Source: Callorhinchus milii
Lineage: Eukaryota
Reading direction: 5' to 3'
DNA length: 64,000 nucleotides
Assembly (NCBI RefSeq): GCF_018977255.1
Contig: NW_024704746.1
Coordinates: forward strand, 39,990,001-40,054,000
In this document: positions 36,910 through 50,640 of the stretch, piece by piece
How the letters are laid out: each line of letters opens with the position of its first letter
Position numbering within the stretch: position 1 is the stretch's first letter
Notes under the pieces: model-generated
What the model was told of the DNA's origin: nothing
Seen by the model: the letters and a program-made list of their open reading frames with translations, nothing else
Databases searched by the model: none
Made by a program: the position numbers and the translations under genes

Positions 36910-37385
36910 GGGAAGTGCTGCATTGTCAGAAGTACTGTCCTTCAGATGAAAGATTAAACCAATGTCCCATTTACCTATTCAGGTGGATGTTAAATATCAC
37001 AAATTATTCAGAAAGAAGAGTTTCTCTTTGGCTTTGATATGCCACATAAATTGGACATGGACAATTGAGGACACAGTCAATCCACTTTACAGCATATCCA
37101 CTTTACAAAATAAATAAATAAATAATAAATTGGTCACTTCAATCCATGACTGTTTGTGGGACACTGCTGTGCGCAATTGGCTGCCACGTTTTGCCCACAA
37201 ATATACAGTCAATTCACTTTACTGTATATTCTGTTAAGCACTTTGAGACGTCTAGAAGACGTGAAAAGCCCTATATCAAATGCAAGGATTATTATTATTA
37301 TTATTATTATTGTCCTGTGAAGCGCTTTGAGACATTTTGACAACGTGATAAGGTATTATATCAAATGCAAGGATTGTTATTATTA
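36910..37385 (+). mobile_element. Older Deu-SINE with a younger 5'-truncated SINE (about 37110-37311) nested in its 3' part
   Basis: Two successive tails; the host breaks at ...cagcatatcc and resumes at tcctgtgaagcgc. Confidence 0.8.
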
Positions 37386-38399
37386 GAATCACCTGCCGAT
37401 TTAGTTTACAATTACACAGTCTACATTTGACAGTAATTACCTGTGAAGCACTATGTTTTGGATTCATTTTGATCAAATGGAAGGATTATTTTTCATTATT
37501 AAATATCCAAATTGATACTGCAGTCTTCAGAAGGCAATGCCTTCCACATTCTCAGAGCCTACTATGTAAAAAAAAATTCTGATCTGCCGTTTAAATTCCC
37601 CATACCAGTAAGACCCAAACTTTTTGAGAGGGACTGGTTTAGCACTTCTCTATTATGAATCACACGAAAACACTCTAAACTCATTTTAGAAAGCAGCTTC
37701 ACTAATAGCATCTGAAATTGTTTTTTCATCTCACCAGCCAATGCCGGATTTTATTTTAGGGAACAGGAAGTTCATGATAATAGTAAAATAATCCTTACAT
37801 TTAGTTTGGTGCCTTTCACGTCAGTAGGACATCTCAAAGTAAGTCGCAGGATTTTACTGTGAAGTGGTGTGAATGTGTATTTTGTAGTGTCTTAATCTAT
37901 CCAGTTAATTCATATTATTGTCAATGTATTGTGTTGTATAGCAAAATATTCTATAAAATTGTAGATTAAAATGCTAGACTATTCTGTTGGATTATTAGAA
38001 GCTATAAAATAATAATTTTTTTTTGTTGGTCCAATAATGGGCACACAAAGTCCAGCTGGTGTCATAGACTCCTACCAGAGAAAAGCTAGTCTAAGTATTC
38101 TGCATCAGTCATAACTTGGTTTTGCAATACACACCACTGTTATGCTGAATGGATATCAGACCTCATTTTGATACAGGTCTCCAAACATAATGCTCTCGTC
38201 TTCAGAATGCCATATTCGACTCTCCTCAAGTCAGTCGGACACCCTTACAAGAGAGAGTATTGTAAAAGATTCTCTCTATATTTGCTCACCGGTCCTGCTG
38301 AGCTGGATGTGAAGGTTTGCTTCTCCTGAAACCATTGTCAATGGAAGATGGAGAGATGATTGCAAGGAACCATGAGGATGTTGATATTCAATTATTACT

Positions 38400-38712
38400 C
38401 ATATTGATCTGCATGTTCAGATGGGCATTGAAGATCCCCTTGCACTATTCAAAAACAAGTCATTGTTTCACGGCCAACAATCCCCCAAACACAAAGCTCA
38501 CTTCATGGCTATTTGTGGGATGTTGTGGTGAGCAAATTGATTTTACAAATACACAGTTGCTGCACTTCATAGTAAAATCCTGTGAAGCATTTTGAGACAT
38601 CTCAGCATGTGATAAGATTCTCTACCAAATGACGATTACAAGCGCTTTGGGATGTCCTCCCGACGTGAAAAGCGCTATATCAAATGCAAGGATTATTATT
38701 ATTATTATTATT
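38400..38712 (+). mobile_element. Old SINE with a young tail-only insertion (38640-38712)
   Basis: 38640-38700 is identical to the tail of the 24988-25308 copy. Confidence 0.8.
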
Positions 38713-40204
38713 TAGTTCTAGGTCATTCAGTTCAAACTGTGCCAGCAGAGATGTAAAGCTGCTCTGTGTGATCCAGCACCCTTCCAACAGACTCCATCCA
38801 TCATGGTTACTTGCCACCATGGCAATACTGACAATAAGAAATTGTATTCCGTTGAAATTTGCAATTTGATTGAATGCTTGCATTCCAGTTGAATCATTCA
38901 TATGGATGACTGTTTAAACAGATCTCCCTATACAAATCAAGAACATCTGTTTGTAAACTCAACGAGTGCTTTCGAATCAAAAACAGGAAATTGTAAATTG
39001 CTTACAAGGCGCCTCAACTGTGTTTGTTTACTTTCTACCAGTTGTAAATTGTGAAGTTTGTAACAACCCAATTGGGCATAGCTGCTGCCTTGCCAAATGC
39101 TACTGTGTTCAATCTGTGGCATAGGAAATATACTGTATTGATGATACTGCACCAGCTTTTTCGCATGCAGGAGTTTTGCTTGAATCCCCAAAGAACTGTT
39201 ACGGATTGAAAGCTGTCAGGGAACCACCTATCAGTTTAGGAGCTCAAGATTTTTAGAGATCCTATCTTGCTCCGAGCTAACCATGTCTGTTAGGAGCTTG
39301 TCATAATCTCTCAAGCTAATTTGCAGTGAACATCAGAATCCTTTAGCAAACCAGTCACCGACCGTTCTGCTGCTCTATGCCTGCACAATATGTCTTGATT
39401 GTCACAACGTTTTGTTTCACACATTGTATCTATCCATTATTTGCTGCTCTTTCCTTTATAATTGTCTTAAACTTTGTGACCTCCATTCATTTTGCACTAC
39501 ATTACATTCACAGGTCACCAGACAGATATTTTGACATCTTTTAAGCAAAAGACACTGATATTATGCATTTGCACAACAAAGAGCAGCAGTAATGACACTG
39601 CAGCAAAGAATATTTCATACAGCATCACAAAGAGCAGGTTAGTGCCACTGAGATAATATTAATGCCCTCATTTCTTTCATTTAAATGTATTTCAATATCC
39701 TTTAATGGCATTTGAATTACACCAAAGTGTAATTTCGATGGCATTACGCAAGAAACAGCAAAAATGGTACAAAGGTTTAAGTAAGGTTTTGTCCTTTAAA
39801 ATACATAATGAAACTGTCAGGACGTACACAATGTCTGTCTCACACCTTCCAAGTTGCATTGTTAGAATCATAAAAATTTGCAGTGCAGAAGGAAGCCTTC
39901 CAGCGCATTGAGTGTGCACTAGGTCTCAGAGCAAACTATACATTCAATACCTACCAGAGAGAGTTGGCTGGTTGTTAGACAACTAAATCCGCACCTCCAA
40001 CTGGTGAAACCATCGCTCGATGGGAAGGGATTTGTGTCCGAGCTAGGAAAGGAAGATGGTGGCAATGCTCTCACGTATTTCATGTTGAGCTGTCTTGCCC
40101 ACCGGGAAGCTTGCAGGGGTTCCTGGTATCTGCAATCCACCAGTGAGGGCTAAAAACCACGTTTGTCAGATGTCAAATGGCAACTGGTGATTAACATCCT
40201 CTTC

Positions 40205-40680
40205 GGGAGGTGGGTCTACTGTACTCCAGGGCATTGATGATGGCAGCACAACCAGCCAGTTCATCGGCAGGACTGAGAAGGGCCGACCAGTCACTGGGGG
40301 CAGGGAGTCATCCCACTTAGCTTCTGATAACCTTGCAAGCCAGAGCCCAAACTGGTAGTGTGGTCCTAACTGGACAAGCAGCAGAAAAGCTTGCCAGACA
40401 ATGATATCAATGGCAAGCTATGCAGTTTTAGCTGGATAGACTCCAGCAGTAGCCCAATGCACATTCTGCGGTCCCCGAAGCCTTGCCAACCTACGCCCAA
40501 TACTTTCTGGAATTAGGTAAGCAGGATTCATCCCTTCAGGGAGAGAGTGCGCATTCCATTCCAACAATCTATCTCTGGAATTTCCCTGTGCAGGCGAAAT
40601 GCATGGAATTCTCAGTTTGGTTTGGATACTCTTAACCACGGTGATGGGTTTCCGCAGGTGCCAGACACCAGGCTGACCAA
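40205..40680 (-). repeat. Unclassified repeat, copy F (longest and least degraded)
   Basis: Collinear with copies A, B and C. Confidence 0.8.
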
Positions 40681-41047
40681 AAAAAAAAATCACCTTTCAG
40701 CAAGCTCAAGGAACCCTGCTTGTATCCCCACCAAAGGAGGACAAGGATACAATTAACAGTTACCCTTTGGGAAGAAACCAGAAATGACGGTTAATCTGAG
40801 ATTAAACTTTTTCTTAAAATAAATATAGATTTGTTTGTGAATGGGGTTTGAAGGTAGAAATAAGCTTTTGCTGGGTATTGTTTGTGAGAAACGTAATGGG
40901 TCAGGTTACCTTAGCATGCTTTAATTTTTTGCAGCTTTTCAGACTTTCCATCTGAGACAGGTATGATTAGTATAATGTTCACCTTCGATTCCCGGGAGCT
41001 TTGGTTAGTCATTCATCTTAGCTGCATGCTAGTCTTTCATAGAAAAT

Positions 41048-41066
41048 GAGAGAGAGAGAGAGAGAG
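41048..41066. repeat. (GA)n microsatellite
   Basis: gagagagagagagagagag. Confidence 0.9.
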
Positions 41067-42244
41067 TAAACTTTAGCTTTAAGCCATAATTGACACATTT
41101 TGTTCCTTTGCCAGAAAAAGAAGCAGAAGGCAACAAAATGAGAGAACCATTAAAGTTTTATACCTCTTTAAATAAAGTAAACTGATGCTATTTCACCAAT
41201 TGCCTTCAATGTTTTTTTTTCCATCAACTTTGCAGAGGGCAGTCTATAAATTGCTAAAAGACTAACTGCTTGATATCTGGCTCTTGTGTCCACACTGCGT
41301 TGCTGACCTGGGGAATACCTCCTCCAAAGAGTTTACATCCAGGAAATTGGGACGCATTATGATTAAGACATAAAACAAATGAACACAAAGCCGCAGTAAA
41401 ATGTATACATTTACTTTTTAGCAGCATGGCATCCTAATTTTGCTCAATTTCCCAAAAGAGGAATCTACAATTTACAGGGAACCATGAGCAGCTAATACTG
41501 TTTTTTGAGCAGCCATTATTGGTTTCTTAATGTTGCAGATTCTTAATGTTAACAGCAATTTTAAGATGACATCTTGTCTGTGTCAGTATAAAAGCAGTCA
41601 CTTTGGAGTTTGGCATGAGCGTTAGAAGATGGATTCCTTCCATTGACCTTGCAGTGCATCTCTGACTGAGCTCATTCTGACAAAACCAAAGCTGCACCAA
41701 GCCTATTACAAAAGTATAACCCAACGACAAAAGATGCACCAATACAATAGACACAATGAATGACAGCTCTTTACCAACCCTGGACAAATGCCACTGCATC
41801 CGCCTATGGCAGCATCATTACTGTATGCGAATCAGATTTATTTTGTGATAACATGCAACCGTATCTACACTTCCTTTGTCCTGTAAACAGTTTGCTAAAA
41901 AAATTACTTACCCTAATAGGTCGAACTTATTCAAGACGACATTAAATCCCCAAAAGACTTGTATCAATCATCAGTTAAAAATTTGAACACAGCCACCAAA
42001 AGACTTATCTCACTTTGATAATTTGCCTAATAAATCGCCAATAACCCTGTATGTTGTGATTTGAACACACTGTACAAATAAATCTGTCCACCAGCATGGC
42101 ACTTCATTAATCTGCACTTCAGTCAGCACCGCGCAGAGCTCAGTTATCCTGCTCTGTTTAATGCAATTAACTTTGGTATTGTACACAGAACGCAAAAGTG
42201 AACGCTGATAGATGCATCTATCATCTGGTGGATATATGCACACA

Positions 42245-42900
42245 AGGGTGTTTCTCTTGGTGTCCTAGCCAACAATCCTCCAAATAAAATTCACTTCATG
42301 GCTGTTTGTGGGGCATTGGTGTGTGCAAAATTGGCTGTCGCATTTGCCTACAAATACTCAGTCACTACACTTTACCTGCAGTGATGCCGTACAAAACTCT
42401 GTGAGACGATCACCCCCATCGCCATCCGGCTTCACTGGCTCCCCATTCCCCAGAGGGTCGAGTTCAAGATCCTCGTCTTCACTTTTAATATCCTCCACTT
42501 TCTTGCTCTTCCCTACCTCTACAATCTAAACGTTATCGACCTGTCCACTCTTTCCACTTGGCGAGCACTGGCCTGTTCTATTGTCGGACCTTCAGTCTTA
42601 CTGCCCCCACCTTCTAAAACTCCATTCTGGAACCCTCCCTTCAAAGCCTGTCTCAAGAACTTTCTCTTTGACTGCGCCTTTGGTCATTCTCCCACCTCCA
42701 CCACTCTTGCCCTCTTGACTTCAAACCCTAGTTAGTGCAAACCCTTCACTATCCAATGCCTTGGGACATCCTCGTGACGTGAAGGGCTCTATGTAAATGC
42801 AATTTGTTGTTGTGTTGTTTACAATATGTACCTCGTGAACCACTTTGAGACATCCTCCTGGTGTGTAAGGGCTATACCAAATACAAGAATAATTATTATT
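42245..42900 (+). mobile_element. Deu-SINE 3' half interrupted by an L2 fragment (about 42385-42818)
   Basis: The SINE breaks at cactacactttac and resumes at tttacaatatg...gtgaaccactttgagac. The insert has RLHWLPIPQRVEFKIL and a (TTG)n tail. Confidence 0.75.
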
Positions 42901-43884
42901 GTAGTATAATTACAATAATTCCCAATGCTTTCTTATAGTACACTGGTTTATGCAATACTATGGGTATTATACATTGTGCAAGTACTGAAAGTGCAGTGAG
43001 GGTAAAGTGTAGTGACTGGGTATTTGTAGGCAAATGTGACAAGCCATTTTAGCTTACATAAGTTTTATAGTTTAGTCCATATCTCCATTGAACTAATTTC
43101 ACAATGTGGACGATCACAGGCTTATAACACAGGCTTGTGTTTCATTAAGCTGTGGCCATGCTGCTTGTAAGAAGGAGCAGCTGCTTTTCATTCATCATCC
43201 AAGTCCCCCAGAAACCACCATTTACCTAAATATCTAATAAGCAAAAACACTAAGCATCCCCTCCTTATTACAGTAAAATGGAATTCAAAAACCCACTCAA
43301 AATTTCAGAACAAACAGATGTAAAGCTTAATCTTCCCAAACTTTAAAATGCGCATGTTATGTACTAGGCTCATTTAACCTCTTGTGCATGATTTTCAAAA
43401 GTTTCTATATAATCTTCTGTGACGAGCAGTTACCTATCTTGAGACAGTCTTGTCTGGGAATTCAGACTAAATGCTGAACAGTAAACTCACACCTAATTTC
43501 TGGACTCTGCGGAATGGTTGGCATACGTTTGCTCCTCATGAGAGCACATGGGCCTAACATATTACTCTGAGAGCCTCTTCCACCTGTAACTAATTGGTAA
43601 ATTCATAAGACCACCTACCGTACAGTCCTACCCATTCTGACAAGAACAAAGAATGCACACTGTCATTGGAAAGCGAATGGAATCTCGCTGTATTATGGGT
43701 GTTACCTTCAGCAGCAATTCATTCCAAATAGAGAAATAGCCTTACATCTTAATTGGATGCTCCACTATCTTGGGTTTAACAAGAATGCAAATATGCTGGA
43801 ATTAATATACTTGTGGACCAAGTTTGACTTAATAACTTGTATTGATTATTCTTACCCGTTCATGCCTGTATAACATGTAGTTTT

Positions 43885-46800
43885 GTTGTGGGTTCAAGCC
43901 CCATGTCAGGAGTTTGAGCTCACTGTCAAGGCTGTCACTTCCAATGGTGTTCTGGACAAGCACAGCACTGACAGAGGTGTTGTCCTTCCACTGAAATATT
44001 CAACCGAGGTCTGATCTGATTCTTGAGTTGGACGTTAAAGATCCCACAACACTATTTAATAAGAAGTTTTTCTCAGTTTCCTGGCCAAAAATTGTTTACT
44101 TCATGGCAGATTGTGAGCAGATTGGCCTAGATACAGTCACTACACTTGGCAGAAACTTTGAAAAACTTTGAGATGTTCAGCATTATAGCTGCTATATCAA
44201 ATGTAAGGATTATTATTAATATGGTGCATGTTAAAAATAAAGTCATTCAGTAAATCCCTGTTAATGTTTTTGATGTTTTCTCTGTCAGTTTAGAACTGAT
44301 GCTAAATTATGTATGAGGCTTTGACTGCTGAGCAGTTCATGGAATTTGGTGCAGGAGAACACAGGCAGAAGAAATGGCCTTAACAAAGATATTATGTATA
44401 TAAGGGATCAAAGATTTGAGTTGACACAATATCAGCTTGCGCAAAATGATATTAAAACCTATGTTATGATCAGAAGTGAAAATCATAAGCTGAATATTTT
44501 TCATGAATTGAGAATTACGTAGATATAAGTGTCAATCTTTCCACTCACTTCAAACAAACTCATCATTTGTAAACCTGAATGGAGTCTTTGCAGGAGTAGT
44601 CCTAATGATTCATGTAGAAAGAGCTTGCATTTTTATTGTGCCTTATGTCAAAATGTTTCAAAATGCTTCACAAGCAATTGCTTAAAATGTAGTGACTGTT
44701 TATTGTAGGTAAAACTTCAGCTATTTTTTACATAAGCAGGGTTCCCACACACAGCCAATAGGTAAATGATCAATTCATCTAGGTTGATAAATCTAGCTTG
44801 GAGAAACACCCTTCTTTGTTGAATGGTATCAGAATCTCCCTTCTCGTAACTGATAGTGTCAAGAGACCTTTAACATCAGACAGAAAGGGCATCGGTTTGA
44901 CATCTCATCCATAACACCTTGAAATCTGAGATGGTTTTGTTGAGTTCTCAGATTGTCACTCTGAATTTCCTTAGTTTCAAATGCACAGATGTAGCTATAT
45001 TAATTGCCAAGTCAACATCAATGTTGAAACTAACTAGGAAAATAATCCTCGCATCTAATGTAGCACTGTATCATGTCATTGAGATATCTCAAAGTGGTTC
45101 ACAAGAAGTCACTGATAAGTGTAGTGATTGTGTATTTGTAAGTGAATGCGGCATTTGTTTGTGAACAGCAATGACTCAGAAACGGCCATGAAGTAAATCA
45201 CCAATTTTTTTGGGGGATGGTTGGCCAGGATATCAGGAGAAACTCCCTTCTTTTTTTGACAGTGCCACGAGGCTTCAACATCCACCTGAACAAGTAACGG
45301 GACTTTGATTTACTATTTAATCCGGACAGCAACTCAAACAATACAGCACCCCCACCAGGACTGTACTGCTGAGTCAGTGTCAATATAGATTGGATGTTCA
45401 AAGTCTGTCAAGCTGAGCTAAGCTGATACCCAGGCTGACAGGATTCTGATGTAGATGACTTGGATGGACTTTTCTTCTTCTACTGATCAGGTGTTCTGTA
45501 TCAAGATTTGCAGGCTAACTGGACACCATAGACTCTCAATCAGCTCAAAGACGTTACAATAGAGTCAATGATATGAAAATAACAGAGATGTTATATACTA
45601 TCCCCAAAATTATTATGACTCGCTCAGTTGACATTTATGGCTCGTTCATCTTGAGAAAGCAGCTGGCAATAGGTAACAACTAATTTTGATTTGAAATATT
45701 CCATTCCAATTGAAATGAACAGTATTTTGCAATGAAAGCAATTTACAAGTTAATAGATTAAAAAAATCGAATAAACGGTCTAAAAGAAATGCTTTCAATG
45801 GAACTGATGTTGATAAAGGAGCAATACATTATCATGTGGTTACTCTATATTGGGCAAAGAAAGCAGAACTCAACAGCTTCACTTGGAATAGATTGCTCCT
45901 TTGTCAATTCCCCCATTATTTTGTCTTAAATACTCAATGTATCTGAAGGATAAATGAGGTGACTTAAATTTCTCCAGAAAAATATTAGACACCATCTTTC
46001 AAATAGTTTTATGCTTGAACACTGGTGTGCAAAAAGAAACATTCAGCAAAAATCTGTGTCGGTAACATTGTTCATAGAAAAAACATACGCATTAGATGAC
46101 CCACTGTTAAAAACTAATGAAGTTGGAAAATCATTCTGATGCTATATATTCAAATATTCTTGGAATCTAAAGCATTAACCTCTAACCTCTATTAACCCCA
46201 TGCCACCAAACAAAGAGAAGTGTTTTATAATTGGGATGCTGCTAGATATTTACTGTGATGAAGCAAATTTAAACAAAATATTTGTATCTTATCTGATTTA
46301 TGTTTTGAAAGACTGTAAGGCATAAGCATACATCTTTAGTTTTATACACAGTGTGCATTAAAAAAGAAAATAATAATCGTAATAATCCTTGTATTTAGTA
46401 CAGCACGTTTCACATCAAGTTGAATGTCTCTAAATGCTTCAAAGGATATGATGTAAAGTGTAGTAACTGTGTGTAGGCAAATATGACAGCCAATCTGCAC
46501 ACAATAATGTCTCACAACAACTTTGAAGTGAATCCTCAATTTTATCTGGGGGACTGTTGACCAGGACACTGGGAGAAACTCCTTCATTTCAAATTGCGCC
46601 ATGGGATCTTTAATGTCCACTTGAACAGGGAAACAAGATCTCGGTTTAACATCTTATATGAAGGACAGCACTGTATTAGAGTGTCAACCTAGGCATAGTA
46701 GTTAACATTGCGATTACTATGAGCAGTATCCAAATTGTGTCCAGGTTTCATGCAGGGGTAAATGTTTACATGTTAAGATGCAGCATCTTTGAATTTGGAG

Positions 46801-47700
46801 AACTGGATAAGTGAATTCATCTGGATAATTGAACCCTACCAAATCTGCATTAGCACCAAGTCACATATCACCCCTTTACAGAGTAATTGTGAATGAATGT
46901 TAAATTACCAGAAGGATCCAAATGTCTTCTTTTCAATGTTGCTAACTTTTCTTTGGCAGCACCTCAGCAGGTATGCTGAAACAAGACAGCACTTTCATCC
47001 AAGCCGTCATCTGTTCATGTCTTTTACATTTTGAGACGTCCTTTAATTGGGGCAGTTTCCAGCTTTGATGCTGACAAATGGGAGATGGGAGAAATCCATT
47101 TGAGCTTTAGGTCACCAAACTTTCCACTGGGAAACTGAAGGCTGTAGTCTTGTTTTGCCATGATAACAGTTTATATTCATAGTCTTGTATTTGTGAGTGT
47201 TATTAGTCACCACATAATACAACTCTTAAAATTCATACCGTCTAAAAATAGAACTTAGACTTTGCTAAAGATTTATTCAGAAAGCATACAATTACAGTAT
47301 TACAGCATTGCTGTGTTATGTTTTCTGTTTGCCTTCCTTGGACTGCCTCTATTATAACCTTCAGCCAGCCATACTAAAAGATAAATCATTGATTACTTGA
47401 TACCAGATTTAAGACAAATACTCCAAATAACTTTGAAACTGCGTTTCACCTTTGGGGATAAACAAGAACAGATGCTGAGCTCAGAAAAAATACAATGAAA
47501 TGCATTTTGAATAAAATCTCCAGTTTGAACACAATGTTTGTTCAAGATACAGCTAAGTACTAACACAGTGCGGTGGGAAAGAGGGCATATTAAATAATAA
47601 TCTCTCATTTGATATGGCACCTATTATGTCGGGGAATGTCTCAAAACGCGACACAGGTTTTGCTGTAAAGTGCACTGACTGTGCATTCGTGGGCAAACTC
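43885..47700. mobile_element. Several degraded Deu-SINE copies (approx. 43885-44220 +, 44620-44920 -, 45040-45400 -, 46378-46695 -, 47593-47700 -)
   Basis: Deu core and tail motifs, e.g. gccatgggatctttaatgtccacttgaacagg. Confidence 0.75.
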
Positions 47701-47814
47701 AGGACCAAGAGGAATGAGCTCCATTACCAAATGTGGGCGGAGTCAAACATTTCCTTCCTCTCAGCTGCCTGAGGCTTCAAAAAATTTCAGTAACCTACAA
47801 GAACAGGCTGCCAC

Positions 47815-48000
47815 GAAGGGTGGTTGAGACCAGGAATAATCCTTGCTCCCTGTGTTTAAAAGGCATTTTGAAAAGCAAAGGCAAAAATAAAGGATAGAGA
47901 AAAAAGGCAGCAAAATGAGATTTAAAGATCTGCCATGATCTACTAAAATGATGGAACATGCTGAATAATCTATTATTATTCCTCTGCTCCTATAATCCCT
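47815..48000 (+). mobile_element. Degraded CR1 3' end
   Basis: agatctgccatgatctactaaaatgatggaaca...ctgctcctata is typical of CR1 termini. Confidence 0.6.
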
Positions 48001-48859
48001 CTACAACGTCTGAATGTCTTAGATAGAGGAAGCCTTTTAGTTGAAGATGAACTATTTTTGTCTCCAAGTAGCCAGGTTCACCCATATGCCTGGCTACAGT
48101 TACTTTGTCTGGTATATGAGGTTTGTGGAAGGATACAATGAGCCAGCGCTTCACAATGTAGGCCATTCCCCCCAAACGCTTTCACTTAATCGCTTTTAAA
48201 TAAATTGGGGACTACAGATGATATCAGTGTGAACACATTGAGCATTCCAATGCATTATCTTCCCTCGGTGGTCAAAGAGCATCTGGTTGTTTAGGAAGTG
48301 AAATCCATCATAGCATGAGATTACAGTGCTCACTTTAATCACCACTGCAGTGTTCTGTGCAATTGTGGATTGTGGCCCCGGAGCTGTCTGTGGAGGACAT
48401 GGCCCAGTGCTATGACAGACTCTCTTGGTCTGACTCAGACTCGTCCTCCACTGGAGTTCTGTAAGGTGCAGGGCGATGGCTTTGCTCCTGGACAGATGCT
48501 GCCTGGTATAATGCCTATAGCCGATGATCAGCCTCCCTTGGGCTGGGCAACCAAAACATTCCTCTTTCACGTGCAAGTGGCCTGCGTATGTGGTGGAACC
48601 GTAGTTTCATTCCAATACAGAATAGAGGTTCTTACACACAAGTTCAAATCGTGGCCAGTTCCTGATCCCCAGTGAACTATCAGAATGAGACACTGATCAG
48701 AGGCTGCAGTACAGTACATAGGGGCACGAGTCAGAGGTTCTCATATACCTCCTAGAATCTGGTTAAAAAGCGACGTCTGCTGAGTCCAGAGAGCTGCATG
48801 CTCTCCTCCAGAGAGCTGCTTTTACTTAAATTGAGAAATTGCATGACAGATTTAGGCTT

Positions 48860-49717
48860 ACACAGTGCACTATTTGACCAAGTGGAAAAGAAGGTTATTT
48901 GAAGCTTTAGAGAAACTTCAGAGGAGCAGCAACCATAATATATTGATAAAATGGAGAGACAACATGAAAAGGTGGGAGAAAGCAAGAATAAAATGGAGGT
49001 GAGAGAAGGATCACTCATCCGATGACGAATCTTCAGTTGTATTCTCGCCAGGAGTGGGGGAAGGGTCTAAGAAGAGCTGCATAGCAATCGGAGAAGTGAT
49101 CAAGTCTTAGAAAAAAACTGGTCTTTAATTGGAAATGTTGAGGGATAACAAAACATTTAGCTTGAAGGAGCAACGTGAGCTTGGGGGCTGTTTTAGCAAA
49201 AGGGAATTGAGGTTGAAATTGAGGTTGAAGGAAATGTTGAGATCCCGAATGTTGACAGAATGGGAATGGAGTCATCAGAGGCTGCAGGTAGGAACTGCAA
49301 CTTAGAGTTGTGAGAGACATAAATAAACTGTGCCTTCGAGGAATTGAAAGAAACAAGGTTATCACTGTCCCATTGAAGGGCATGGAGGAACAGTGATTCA
49401 GCTATTGCACTCTGAGGGGAGTGAAGATTATGCGCTGAGGGTTTTCCATCTGAAGGAAGTTAATGAATGTAGACAGAAACTATCAGCAAAAGAATAGAGT
49501 TGGATGATGAGTGGAGGAGCACATTGATGTGGAGAAGCAACAAAGTGGGCATAATAACAGATCCCTGGAGAACCACTGAGTTTGATAGAAAAAGAGTTGA
49601 CCACAGCAGATATGGAGCATTTTGAGAGGAAACTAGATAGCCAAGAAGGTAACAGTAGTGGAAGGCCAAAAGAATACCCAAGGGAGAGTGTGAAGAAAGC
49701 AAAGGAAAAAACACCAA
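48860..49717 (-). mobile_element. Frameshifted non-LTR reverse transcriptase relic, CR1-group (Zenon-like)
   Basis: Minus-strand pieces in order: SFGLP..WLSSFLSKCSISAVVN, VLQGSVIMPTLLLLHIN, SFADS, QWDSDNLVSFNSSKAQFI, AKTAPKL, SDPSLTS..YYGCCSSEVS. Confidence 0.8.
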
Positions 49718-50409
49718 TGTTATAACCTTCCCCTTTTCATCTTGTTGCTTTAAAATACTTCCTTCAGTTTTTCATGTTTTGTACATTAACTAAAGATCAA
49801 AACTAAAAGGTGCAAGAAATTGGATGAAGCAAATCCATAGCATTTTTTGTTTACTGAAGAAACATACCAAGGCAATGCCTGATACTGTATAAACGTGAAC
49901 ACGGTTTTAATGCTGGAGCTTACTAATAAAGTTTTCATAATTCATTCACACTACAAATTCATAATTCAACAGTGGTCAGTGTGTTAACATCTCACTTAGA
50001 TGATAAGATGACTTTTGAATCAAATCAATAATCACGTCATCAATCTTTAAAAATCACTGCCAGAATGTGGAATGCCACATCCATGAAGAACAACATCTGC
50101 TTGTAGATTGTCTCCCGCAGATACAATCTCATGCAGTGGTTTCTATGAGTGGCCTTTAACCCTTCATCCATCTCCTACTCAGATAATATGAAAGCTACAA
50201 TACATTCCACTTCCAAATACAGACCCCTCAATGCAGCGCAGCCAAAGCTGTAAAGCTCAACACACAGATCTAAGAAAAACTGCCAACTCAGTTCCCAATG
50301 TCTGAATCCAGAACAGACTGCCTCGAGGCCAATAATACAATATTGAGTGAGGCATCAAAGGGAAGACATTATTAAGTAAGGATACCATCAGCAAAACTAA
50401 ACATAACAG

Positions 50410-50640
50410 CATGTTTGCCTTTGGGTCAGAAGAATGTGGCTTTGAGCTCTATGTTTGGGTTTAAACTCATAGTCTACGGTGAGTCTTCAGTGCAGTACTA
50501 TCAGAGTGCTGCATTGCTGCAGGTGCCATCCTTCAGACAAGATGTTAAACCTGTTCAGGTGGACATTAGAATTTGATGACATTATATTATATGAGGAGAG
50601 AGTTTCTCCTAATATACTTTCCAACAATCCTGATCGCTGT
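50410..50640 (+). mobile_element. Old Deu-SINE 5' part
   Basis: gcctttgggtcagaagaatgtgg...cagtgcagtact...cctgttcaggtggacatta. Confidence 0.7.

Noticed and set aside
48380-48403. Second RE1 site on the minus strand
   Set aside because: Only the right half (ccacagacagctcc) matches; the left half is absent.
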